Position numbers and translations under genes: made by a program. A DNA stretch of 64,000 nt from assembly GCA_965205385.1 (NCBI GenBank), contig CBDBGS010000008.1:745752-809751 (forward strand), in the 5' to 3' direction. Below are positions 1 through 8,197 of this stretch, in pieces (position 1 is the stretch's first letter; each line of letters starts with the position of its first letter). The notes under the pieces were generated by a model, which ran no database searches, was not told where the DNA came from, and saw only the letters and a program-made list of their open reading frames with translations. This stretch comes from Dehalococcoidia bacterium (lineage in GTDB: Bacteria; Chloroflexota; Dehalococcoidia; Lucifugimonadales; UBA3495).

Positions 1-42
1 TCAAAACTCGAGCCAGTCACATCATTCGGAGCCTGCCCCAAA

Positions 43-384
43 TTGGTCAAATCTCGAATTCTGTACTGGAAGGAAATTCCCGTCCAGGTCCAAATCCAGG
101 GCGAATCAGGTCAGGTATCCAGTCAATTGAATGACCGATTCCAGCAAGGTGTTGACGCCATCGCCATGTTCGACGGCAGCCAAGGCACCGATGACTACCT
201 GATGGCCTGGGAATGGGGCGAGCCCGTGGAAGAAAGCGGGTCTGCCGAGGAAGCCGCCGCGCGAATAGCCGACAGGTTCAACAAGAAGTTCCCCATGGAC
301 TTCGTCGCCAGGATCCGCGACTTGATCGAATCGGGACAGCGTGACCCGCGTCCGGGGTCCCTTGATCACTGGTGCGTCCGATGA
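43..384 (+). CDS. small hypothetical protein, first gene of the corrinoid methyltransferase cluster
   Basis: 113-aa ORF (TTG start in the track). Its stop overlaps the start of the next gene at 372. The frame is open back to nt 1, so the true N-terminus may lie upstream. No motif I can name. Confidence 0.4.
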   Translation: MVKSRILYWKEIPVQVQIQGESGQVSSQLNDRFQQGVDAIAMFDGSQGTDDYLMAWEWGEPVEESGSAEEAAARIADRFNKKFPMDFVARIRDLIESGQRDPRPGSLDHWCVR

Positions 385-1289
385 CCCAGGATAACTCGCC
401 GTCGCTCAAGGAACGCCTCGCTTCCGGAGAACTGCTGATCTCCGACGGGGCTACCGGCACTTACCTGCAAGATCACGGTCTCGAGCCGGGCGGGTGCCCT
501 GAAGAGTTCAACGCGGCGCATCCCGAAACAGTGCTGGGAATGGCGCGGGACTACTTCGCCGCGGGCTCTGAGATGGTGTTGACCAACTCGTTCGGAGCAA
601 ATCGGTTCATGCTGAAGAAATACGGCTTCGGCGGCCGGGTGGAGGAGTTCAACAAGTTGGCGGCCCAGCACGCTAGCAGCCAGCGAACTGCGGGGCAGTA
701 CGTCATCGGCTCGGTAGGACCTACTGGAGAGTTCCTGGAACCCCTCGGTCCCGTCACCCGGGAGGAGATGCTGGACGCCTTCGTCGAGCAGGTCACTGCG
801 CTGGAGGCGGGGGGTGCGGACGGTGTGGTTATCGAGACCATGTCCGCGGTGGAAGAGGCGGTGTTGGCCGTCGAGGCGGCGAAAGAGCACACGGGCCTGG
901 TGGTCATGGCCACCATGGTGTTTGACCGGGGGCCACGGGGCTTTTTCACCATGATGGGTGTCACGCCGGATCGGGCCGTCAAAGAGTTGGCCGCAGTGGG
1001 CGCCGACGTTACGGGAGCCAACTGCGGAAACGGCATCGACGTTATGGTCGAATTGGCCAGGGAGATGCGCCAAGCCACGGACGGTCCGCTGCTGGTCCAC
1101 TCCAACGCCGGAATTCCAGCCTATCAGGGGGGCGAGATCGTCTATCCCGAGTCACCGGACTACATGGTGGAACGCTTCGGGATTCTGGCGGACATGGGGA
1201 TAGACATCCTTGGAGGATGTTGCGGAACTGGCCCGGAGCACATTCGGGCGCTGGTCTCCGCGATGAAACCGGGTTCCCGGTCCGCGTGA
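372..1289 (+). CDS. homocysteine/thiol S-methyltransferase-domain protein (Hcy-binding TIM barrel, MetH N-terminal-module type)
   Basis: 305 aa. It has an N-terminal LISDGATGT motif. It also has GANCG and C-terminal GGCCGTGPEHI motifs, which are the zinc-ligand cysteines typical of MetH/BHMT/MmuM Hcy domains. Confidence 0.75.
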   Translation: MRPMTQDNSPSLKERLASGELLISDGATGTYLQDHGLEPGGCPEEFNAAHPETVLGMARDYFAAGSEMVLTNSFGANRFMLKKYGFGGRVEEFNKLAAQHASSQRTAGQYVIGSVGPTGEFLEPLGPVTREEMLDAFVEQVTALEAGGADGVVIETMSAVEEAVLAVEAAKEHTGLVVMATMVFDRGPRGFFTMMGVTPDRAVKELAAVGADVTGANCGNGIDVMVELAREMRQATDGPLLVHSNAGIPAYQGGEIVYPESPDYMVERFGILADMGIDILGGCCGTGPEHIRALVSAMKPGSRSA

Positions 1290-1304
1290 GACCGGACCGC
1301 CTCA

Positions 1305-2003
1305 TTGGCGGATCATGAACAAGGTGTCGTTGAAATGGTGACACGCCCGTCATTGCGTGTAGCGGAAGTGTTGGAACGCTACGGCTCCTGCCTGGAACTG
1401 GTGCCTATGGACGCTCATTTCCAGAGCATCAGTGTCGGCATATATAGCAAGGACGGTGTATTCACGGTCTGGAGTTTTAGCGGAAAGCCAGGCGTTCAAG
1501 AGAGGGTCGAGGCCATTCGCGACCAGTTGGTGTCTCTGGGCGGCCTTTCTCCCGTTCCCGGCTCCCACAACCAGGTCGCATTCTCCTGCGGCTTTTTCCA
1601 CCAGCGATTGATCAAATTCCTGCTGGCTCAGGCCGTAGGGAAGAGCCCCGATTACTCACCGCCTGAAGGGGAGATGTCCATCAGGGACACCAGGACCAGG
1701 TTGACCATTACCGCGGAGGCTGAAGAGTCTGATAGCCGTTGTTTGTACCGTGTCTCCGCAGCCGGGGACGCCCCGAACGTCCCGGCCAGGTTGCGGATGA
1801 TAGTGGCGGGTTTTCTGCGTTACGGAGAGATGGATAAGAAGGGTGACACCATGGTGGCCTTTCCTTGCGGCCAACGCCACGACGAGCTGGTCCGGTTGCT
1901 GCTGCCTTACTCCCGCAACGTGAGCAGCGTCGAAGGAATGCTGGAAGCCGAGGCCTTGCGCGGTCAGATGACCACCGGCACCCTAGGTTTCACCCCGACT
2001 TGA
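1305..2003 (+). CDS. hypothetical protein
   Basis: 232-aa ORF in the same orientation, wedged between two methyltransferase genes. No recognisable motif. An in-frame ATG at 1335 is an alternative start. Confidence 0.4.
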   Translation: MADHEQGVVEMVTRPSLRVAEVLERYGSCLELVPMDAHFQSISVGIYSKDGVFTVWSFSGKPGVQERVEAIRDQLVSLGGLSPVPGSHNQVAFSCGFFHQRLIKFLLAQAVGKSPDYSPPEGEMSIRDTRTRLTITAEAEESDSRCLYRVSAAGDAPNVPARLRMIVAGFLRYGEMDKKGDTMVAFPCGQRHDELVRLLLPYSRNVSSVEGMLEAEALRGQMTTGTLGFTPT

Positions 2004-2050
2004 CCATCCTGGCCCTGGCCGGGTAATCATACCGGAAGAGAGGAGTTACA

Positions 2051-3088
2051 ATGCCATTCGTTGAGACGATGACGCCCCGCGAGCGCGTCATGAACGCGTT
2101 GGCCATGAAAGCGGTGGACCGGCCGCCGGTGGCAAACCCCACCAATGTCGCCACCGTCGAGCTGATGGACCTGGTGGACGCGCCGTTCCCCCAGGCATGC
2201 CGTGAGCCGGAACTTGCGGCCAGGCTGGCGGCGACCGGCCACACGGAGCTGGGCTTCGACGCTGTGATGCCCTACTTCACCATCATCCAGGAGTCGTCCG
2301 CCCTTGGTTGCGAAATGCAATGGGAGGACAAAGACAATTGGCCGACGGTGCGGATGCAGAACCCAATCTGGAGCGGGCCCGACGACGTCCGCGTCCCTTC
2401 TGGGTTCCTGGAGCACCCCGATTGCCAGGCGATCATCAAGTCCATTGAGATGCTCAAGGCCGAATTCGGCGGCCGGGTGGCGGTTATCGGGAAGACCATG
2501 GGGCCGTGGACCCTGGCCTACCATGTATTTGGCGTGGAGCGTTTCCTCATAATGACCGTCGACGACCCCGATATGGTGATGCGCTGCCTTCATCGGCTCA
2601 AGGAGATCTCCGTCCTCTTCGGTGAAGCCCAGATCGCGGCCGGCGCCGACGCTTTGACCTTCCCCGATCATGCCACGGGAGACCTGGTCAGCGGCGACTA
2701 CTACCGCAGGTTTCTTCTGGAGATTCACCAGGAAATGGCCGAACGGCTACCCGCGCCGCTTATCCTTCATATCTGCGGCAACACGTTGGACCGTATGGAC
2801 TACATCGCCCAAACGGGAATGGCTTCGTTCCACTTCGATTCCAAGAACGACCCCCAGGCGGCGATGGATACGGTCTCCGGGAGGATCGGGTTGGTGGGCA
2901 ACATCAACAATCCGCAAACTCTCTATGCGCGGGGACCCGAAGAGGTGAGGCAAGAGGTGTTTCGTTGCCTCGACGCTGGGGTGCAGATGGTAGCTCCCGA
3001 GTGCGCCGTCCCCTTGGCGACCAAATTGGAGAACCTGATGGAGATTCCCAGGGCGGTGAAAGCCTGGTGCGAAGATAACTCGCCCTGA
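2051..3088 (+). CDS. MtaA/CmuA-type methylcobamide methyltransferase (uroporphyrinogen decarboxylase, URO-D, family)
   Basis: 345 aa. The N-terminus (TPRERVMNALAMKAVDRPPV) and overall length are typical of URO-D-fold corrinoid methyltransferases. It lies next to a corrinoid protein. Confidence 0.75.
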   Translation: MPFVETMTPRERVMNALAMKAVDRPPVANPTNVATVELMDLVDAPFPQACREPELAARLAATGHTELGFDAVMPYFTIIQESSALGCEMQWEDKDNWPTVRMQNPIWSGPDDVRVPSGFLEHPDCQAIIKSIEMLKAEFGGRVAVIGKTMGPWTLAYHVFGVERFLIMTVDDPDMVMRCLHRLKEISVLFGEAQIAAGADALTFPDHATGDLVSGDYYRRFLLEIHQEMAERLPAPLILHICGNTLDRMDYIAQTGMASFHFDSKNDPQAAMDTVSGRIGLVGNINNPQTLYARGPEEVRQEVFRCLDAGVQMVAPECAVPLATKLENLMEIPRAVKAWCEDNSP

Positions 3089-3214
3089 CCATGCCGCAAT
3101 CACAAAAGTAACGCCACCGTAGACAGGTCGCTTCTGGTAGAATTTCCACCTGGCCGTGGCCTACACTGTAGGTGACCACCCGAATATAGGAATCACGATT
3201 GCGAGTCTTTTTGA

Positions 3215-3973
3215 ATGCCGTTAATTAACGAAGGTCTGGAATCTGAGCTTGAGTTCATCAGTAACCCTTCTGAGAAGGGCCACATTAGGGGGCTGTTTGA
3301 GAACGCCGATCCCCTGATGCAGCAGATTTCATACCATCTCATCGTGGGCGACCATCACGAAGTGGACCGCTTGACCGTCCAGGCCCTCGATTCTGGATTC
3401 GAGGCGAATACTATTCTTGACGATGGGTTGATCGCGGGTATGGCCCTCGTGGGGATCAAGTTCCGGGACAACATCATCTTCGTCCCGGAGGTGTTGGTGG
3501 CGGCGCGAGCAATGAAATCCGGCATGGCCCACGTCGAGCCCATCTTGTCGGCATCCGGGATCGAGCCGCTTGGCACCGTGATCATGGGGACCGTCAAGGG
3601 AGACCTTCACGATATCGGCAAGAATCTCTGCATCATGATGCTCCGGGGAACGGGGTTTACCGTCCACGACTTGGGCGTAGACACCAAGCCGGAGGAGTTC
3701 ATGGACGCTGTCATGGAGCACGGAGCCCAGTTACTGGGCATGTCGGCATTGCTGACCACTACCATGCCGAACATGGGTAAGACAATCGAAGCATTTGAAG
3801 AGTTCGGGATGCGCGATCAGGTAAAGATCATGGTCGGCGGCGCCCCCCTAACCCAGGAATTCGCCGACGACATGGGGTCCGACGGCTATGGCAAGGACGC
3901 AATGGCTTGTGTGGAGTTGGCCGCGCGGTTGTTGGAAGAAGCCAAGGACGCTGATCGAGTACCGACAACCTGA
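3215..3973 (+). CDS. corrinoid (B12-binding) protein, MtmC/MtbC/MtaC-like
   Basis: 252 aa with a B12-binding helical cap followed by a Rossmann domain. It carries the DxHxxG signature (GDLHDIGKN), SALLTT and MVGGAP motifs. Confidence 0.85.
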   Translation: MPLINEGLESELEFISNPSEKGHIRGLFENADPLMQQISYHLIVGDHHEVDRLTVQALDSGFEANTILDDGLIAGMALVGIKFRDNIIFVPEVLVAARAMKSGMAHVEPILSASGIEPLGTVIMGTVKGDLHDIGKNLCIMMLRGTGFTVHDLGVDTKPEEFMDAVMEHGAQLLGMSALLTTTMPNMGKTIEAFEEFGMRDQVKIMVGGAPLTQEFADDMGSDGYGKDAMACVELAARLLEEAKDADRVPTT

Positions 3974-3985
3974 GCGGCTGTAGCG

Positions 3986-4228
3986 ATGGACCAGAAGATC
4001 GACATCGACCGTTACCGCCAGAGCATGGCCAGGCTGGAGTCCATTTTCCGGTCTATCAACGACACAGCCAACGACATCTCCACGCGGCGCTGCCCCTACG
4101 CCAACGCCCAAGACCGATGCACGGCCCGCTTCAAATGCCGCAACCAGAAAAAGACGTCCGGCAGTGACGAGCTCCCCCTCTGCATCGGGATCGACGATTT
4201 GGAATACCGCTCAGCTTGGCAGGTGTAG
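3986..4228 (+). CDS. small Cys-containing hypothetical protein
   Basis: 80-aa ORF between the corrinoid protein and its activator. It has four Cys (RRCPY, RCTARFKC, PLC). No family assignment. Confidence 0.35.
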   Translation: MDQKIDIDRYRQSMARLESIFRSINDTANDISTRRCPYANAQDRCTARFKCRNQKKTSGSDELPLCIGIDDLEYRSAWQV

Positions 4229-4272
4229 ACCCGGCGCCGGGCGTCCCTTCTCTCCCATGCTAGAATGGCCCC

Positions 4273-5895
4273 ATGTCTCCCCTGTACCACGCCGGACGCG
4301 AGCTTGCCCTGGTCCCCGGACGCACCATCTTCGACTATGCTGACGCCCTCAAGGTTCGCGTGCCCACTTCCTGCGGCAGGAACGGCGATTGTCACGAGTG
4401 CATTGTGGAAATCCGCCGGGGTATGGACGCTCTCAGCCCTTCTGCCGATTGCGAACACTTCCTGAGCGGTGACTACCGCCTGGCATGTCAGGCCGGGATC
4501 GTGGACATCGACGCTGCGGTGGAATTCGCCTTGCTGCGGCGTCAACCCAGGATACTCACCGACTCGGTCCACCTAGACTACCATCTTGCTCCCGCCGTTA
4601 CCCGCGACGGGGACTCGGTCTACTTCAATGACCGGCGGATTGACCGATACCAGGGCGGGATGTTTGGCCTCGCGATCGATATAGGGACCACCACGGTGGC
4701 GATGAACCTAGTCGACCTGGAGACTGGGCGCGTTCTGGCCACTCCCTCCTTCGAGAACCCGCAGAGGTTCGGTGGGAGCGACGTCATGCACCGCATTTCA
4801 TACGACGCCGGTCCTTCCTCGGGTGAGTTGCGGCAGGTGATGCTATCGGCGGTCAACTTTGAGATTGGAGAGTTGGCTCGACACCTTGGTTTCCACCGGA
4901 GGTTGATTTACGAGGTTGTGGTCGTCGGTAACTCGACCATGCGGGACATCTTCTTTGGTCTGGACGTTCAATCGATCGGAGAGAAGCCGTACCGCTCCAC
5001 CACAGAGACCGATCTTGAGATGGGTTTGAGGGAGACGACCGCGCTCCACGGTAGCGCGGAGGGATTGGGGCTCCGGGTATTTCCTGGCGCTCAAGTGTAC
5101 GGAGGAGCGTTAATAGGCAGTCACGTAGGGGCCGACGTGGTGGCCGGCCTGCTCGCGGTGGGGATGGAAAATGCGGAGGAAGTGGTGATGCTGGTGGACG
5201 TTGGGACGAATACCGAAGTCGTCGTGGGCAATCGCCACCGCATGATCGCCGCTTCCTGCCCCGCCGGTCCCGCCTTCGAGGGTGGCCAAGTGTCCCACGG
5301 TATGCCGGGGTATGAGGGCGCGATTGAGTCGGTGGAAGTCGGGGAAAGTGGCGTCAGTTACAAGACCATCGGCGGGTTCGACGCTCAGGGCATCTGCGGC
5401 TCCGGACTGGTGGACCTGCTGGCTGGACTGAGGGACAGCGGCCAGATGAACCAATTGGGGGTGCTGGAGGACGGAGCGCGGGATTTCGTATTCGCGCTGG
5501 ACAAAGGAATGGCCATTTCACGGGCAGATATCAGCGCCTTGTCCCAGGCCAAGTCGGCAAACTTCGCCGGACAATATATCCTCCTGCGAAACTACGGAGT
5601 TCACTTCGATCAGGTAGAGAGACTCTATCTGGCCGGTGGGTTCGCAAACTACCTGAACGTCAAGCGCGCCGTCGATATCGGGTTCATCGCCAACATTCCT
5701 CTGGACAAGATTGCCAAAGTGGGGAATGCTTCATTGGAAGGGGCAACCATGATGCTACTGTCCAGCGAGTCGAGGCGGAGATCGGAGCAGATGGCCCGCC
5801 GCATCGAGCATGTGGAGTTGGAAACCATCCCTGATTTCTTCGACATCTTCGTCGAAGGCTGCATGTTCAAGCCCATGCCCCAGAGCATCGAATGA
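4273..5895 (+). CDS. corrinoid reductive activation protein (RamA/RACo-like; 2Fe-2S ferredoxin domain + ASKHA ATPase domain)
   Basis: 540 aa. It has an N-terminal plant-type 2Fe-2S pattern (SCGRNGDCHECIV...LACQ). This is followed by DIGTTT and DVGTNTE phosphate-binding motifs of the ASKHA/DUF4445 fold. Confidence 0.8.
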   Translation: MSPLYHAGRELALVPGRTIFDYADALKVRVPTSCGRNGDCHECIVEIRRGMDALSPSADCEHFLSGDYRLACQAGIVDIDAAVEFALLRRQPRILTDSVHLDYHLAPAVTRDGDSVYFNDRRIDRYQGGMFGLAIDIGTTTVAMNLVDLETGRVLATPSFENPQRFGGSDVMHRISYDAGPSSGELRQVMLSAVNFEIGELARHLGFHRRLIYEVVVVGNSTMRDIFFGLDVQSIGEKPYRSTTETDLEMGLRETTALHGSAEGLGLRVFPGAQVYGGALIGSHVGADVVAGLLAVGMENAEEVVMLVDVGTNTEVVVGNRHRMIAASCPAGPAFEGGQVSHGMPGYEGAIESVEVGESGVSYKTIGGFDAQGICGSGLVDLLAGLRDSGQMNQLGVLEDGARDFVFALDKGMAISRADISALSQAKSANFAGQYILLRNYGVHFDQVERLYLAGGFANYLNVKRAVDIGFIANIPLDKIAKVGNASLEGATMMLLSSESRRRSEQMARRIEHVELETIPDFFDIFVEGCMFKPMPQSIE

Positions 5896-5903
5896 TCCTA
5901 TAA

Positions 5904-6182
5904 TTGCCTCCGGCGGTATGCGATAATGGGCGCATGGAAGTAACCGTCCGATTCTTTGCCCTCTACCGGGAGCGGGCGGGGTTGAGCAGCGCGTTAGTTG
6001 AGATTTCCGAAGGCGCTTCGGTTAACGACTTGACTGACAGTGTCAGGCGACGGTTTCCCCGTCTCGCACCCCCAGAGGTGAAGATCGTAGTTGCCGTCAA
6101 TGCTGAATATGCGGAACCGGAGCAAGTCCTCCGGCCGGGTGACGACGTGTGTCTCATCCCGCCGGTGAGCGGAGGATCATGA
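5904..6182 (+). CDS. moaD: MoaD/ThiS-family sulfur carrier (molybdopterin synthase small subunit)
   Basis: 92 aa ending ...LIPPVSGGS. It sits immediately upstream of, and overlaps, moaE. There is one residue after the Gly-Gly. Confidence 0.65.
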   Translation: MPPAVCDNGRMEVTVRFFALYRERAGLSSALVEISEGASVNDLTDSVRRRFPRLAPPEVKIVVAVNAEYAEPEQVLRPGDDVCLIPPVSGGS

Positions 6183-6643
6183 TGATTGAGCTTACCTTCG
6201 ACCCTCTCGATCCGGAGAAAGTCACCGGGAAGGTGCGCCGGAACTCCAACGGCGCGGTCGTAACCTTTCTGGGAACGACACGGGACAATTTCGAAGGTAA
6301 GCGCGTGGTCACCCTCGAATATGAAGCCTTCGACGAGATGGCCATCAAGGAACTTGAAAAGGTCCGCCAGCAGTTGATTGCCGAGTTTGGCATCGAAGAC
6401 CTCGCGATTTCCCATCGCATAGGGCGTGTGGATATCGGAGAAATTAGCCTGGTTGTGGCTGTTGCGTCGCCCCACCGGAACGAAGCGTTTTACGCATGCC
6501 ACCAGGCCGTAGACCGGCTCAAGGAAACGGTCCCCATCTGGAAGAAAGAGGTCTACGAGGACGGTTCCAGGTGGGTTGCATGTGAAGACCACGAGTTTGA
6601 CCACGAACACGCCGGAGTAGCCGACACAACAGGGGACTGCTAG
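6179..6643 (+). CDS. moaE: molybdopterin synthase catalytic subunit MoaE
   Basis: The track ORF starts at 6149. ATGATG at 6179, preceded by GGAGGA, gives a typical ~154-aa MoaE (MMIELTFDPL...GAVVTFLGTTRD...PIWKKE). Confidence 0.8.
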   Translation: MMIELTFDPLDPEKVTGKVRRNSNGAVVTFLGTTRDNFEGKRVVTLEYEAFDEMAIKELEKVRQQLIAEFGIEDLAISHRIGRVDIGEISLVVAVASPHRNEAFYACHQAVDRLKETVPIWKKEVYEDGSRWVACEDHEFDHEHAGVADTTGDC

Positions 6644-8100
6644 GCGGCGTTCCCGTCGCCTGCGGGCAGCGGGTGATTCTGGACTCTATCCTGGTCTGGT
6701 TCGCGGCTGCCGAGCGCCGCCCTTACCGCCTGCCGCACTGTCCGCACATACTCCAGACGCATCCCGTCAATTCCCAGGCCATCTTCTCGGTTGGTTTCGG
6801 GCAGAATGCAGCGTTCCATGGCCAACCTGCTGGCTTCCAACACCCGCCGTTGCGCTTGCGGCACCGAACGCAGTTCCCCGCTCAACCCCACCTCCCCGAA
6901 GGCCACAAGCCTGGGGTCCAAGGGCCTGTTGTAGAGGCTGGAGGCAATCGCCAGCACCAGGGCAAGGTCAACCGCCGGTTCATGTATCCGCAGCCCGCCC
7001 GCCACGTTCACAATGATGTCCTGCCCCGATAGGTCCAACGACGCCCGGCGGCTGGCCACCGCAGCAAGCATCAGAAGGCGGTTGTGGTCTATACCGTTGG
7101 CCACCCGGCGGGGCACCGGCAGTGGCGACGGAGAGGTCAATGCTTGAATCTCCAGTAGCAGCGGGCGGCTGCCTTCCACCACGGGGGCCAGCGCGGCCCC
7201 GACAGCCCTTTCGTACCTTTGCGCCAGAAGAGCGCTGGACGGGTCCGGGACCTCGACCAGGCCCTGGGCCGTCATCTCGAACACTCCCACCTCGTCAGTG
7301 GAGCCGAACCGGTTCTTCGCGCAATGGAGTGTGCGGACGGTCCCCGATTCTTGGGCTTCGAGGTAGGTTACGACGTCCACCATGTGCTCCAGGACCCTGG
7401 GCCCGGCGACGCTGCCGTCCTTGGTGACATGGCCCGCGACCAGGACAGGGACGTTCCGGGCTTTGGCCCAGCGCATCAGCCTCAACCCTGATTCTCTAAT
7501 CTGGACCACGCTCCCCGGACCCGAAGGAATGTCGCGGCTGTAGAGGGTCTGTATGGAGTCCACAATGGCGAGTCCAGGCCGCATCTCCTCCAACTTCTGT
7601 ACCACGATGTCGACGTCGGTCTCGGATAGGAGGAATACCTGGTCTCCGGGAAACTCCAAGCGTTGGGCACGCAGCTTGATCTGCTGCGGAGATTCTTCGC
7701 CGCTGACGTAGAGCACCTGTTGACCGCGGCTGGAGATGGACTGGGCGATTTGGAGCAATAGAGTGGATTTGCCTATGCCTGGCTCCCCCGCCAACAATAC
7801 GACGGAGCCCGGCACTATCCCGCCACCCAGGACACGGTTCAACTCCTGGCTGGGTAGCTGGACCCTTGGCTGGCTGTTCGCGTCAAGACGGGAGAGTTCC
7901 TGTACCGGCTCGGTAACGGCGTCTTGCCAACCTGTGCTGGTTGAGGGCGCGGTCCGGGCTGCTGGCGCCTCTACCAGGGGCCTCGGCGAGCCGCAAGAGG
8001 GTGATGGGCAGAAGCCCATCCACCGTGGGCTCTCATGACCGCAGTCCTGGCAATAAAAGACGGAACGTACGCGTTCCCTGGAGCGGTTAGAGGGGCGCAA
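6640..8100 (-). CDS. radA: DNA repair protein RadA/Sms
   Basis: 486 aa with an N-terminal C4 zinc finger (CQDCGHES...CPSPSC). It has Walker A GEPGIGKST, the KNRFG motif and a Lon-like C-terminal domain. Confidence 0.9.
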   Translation of the reverse strand: MRPSNRSRERVRSVFYCQDCGHESPRWMGFCPSPSCGSPRPLVEAPAARTAPSTSTGWQDAVTEPVQELSRLDANSQPRVQLPSQELNRVLGGGIVPGSVVLLAGEPGIGKSTLLLQIAQSISSRGQQVLYVSGEESPQQIKLRAQRLEFPGDQVFLLSETDVDIVVQKLEEMRPGLAIVDSIQTLYSRDIPSGPGSVVQIRESGLRLMRWAKARNVPVLVAGHVTKDGSVAGPRVLEHMVDVVTYLEAQESGTVRTLHCAKNRFGSTDEVGVFEMTAQGLVEVPDPSSALLAQRYERAVGAALAPVVEGSRPLLLEIQALTSPSPLPVPRRVANGIDHNRLLMLAAVASRRASLDLSGQDIIVNVAGGLRIHEPAVDLALVLAIASSLYNRPLDPRLVAFGEVGLSGELRSVPQAQRRVLEASRLAMERCILPETNREDGLGIDGMRLEYVRTVRQAVRAALGSREPDQDRVQNHPLPAGDGNAA

Positions 8101-8197
8101 CTGGGCCTCCTGGAGGTTTGGCCCATTATAACAGCAGAGGACCCCGGCTCAGCGGGGTCCTCTGTCAGTAGCCATAAACCGTTGTGCGCGCTGGACC

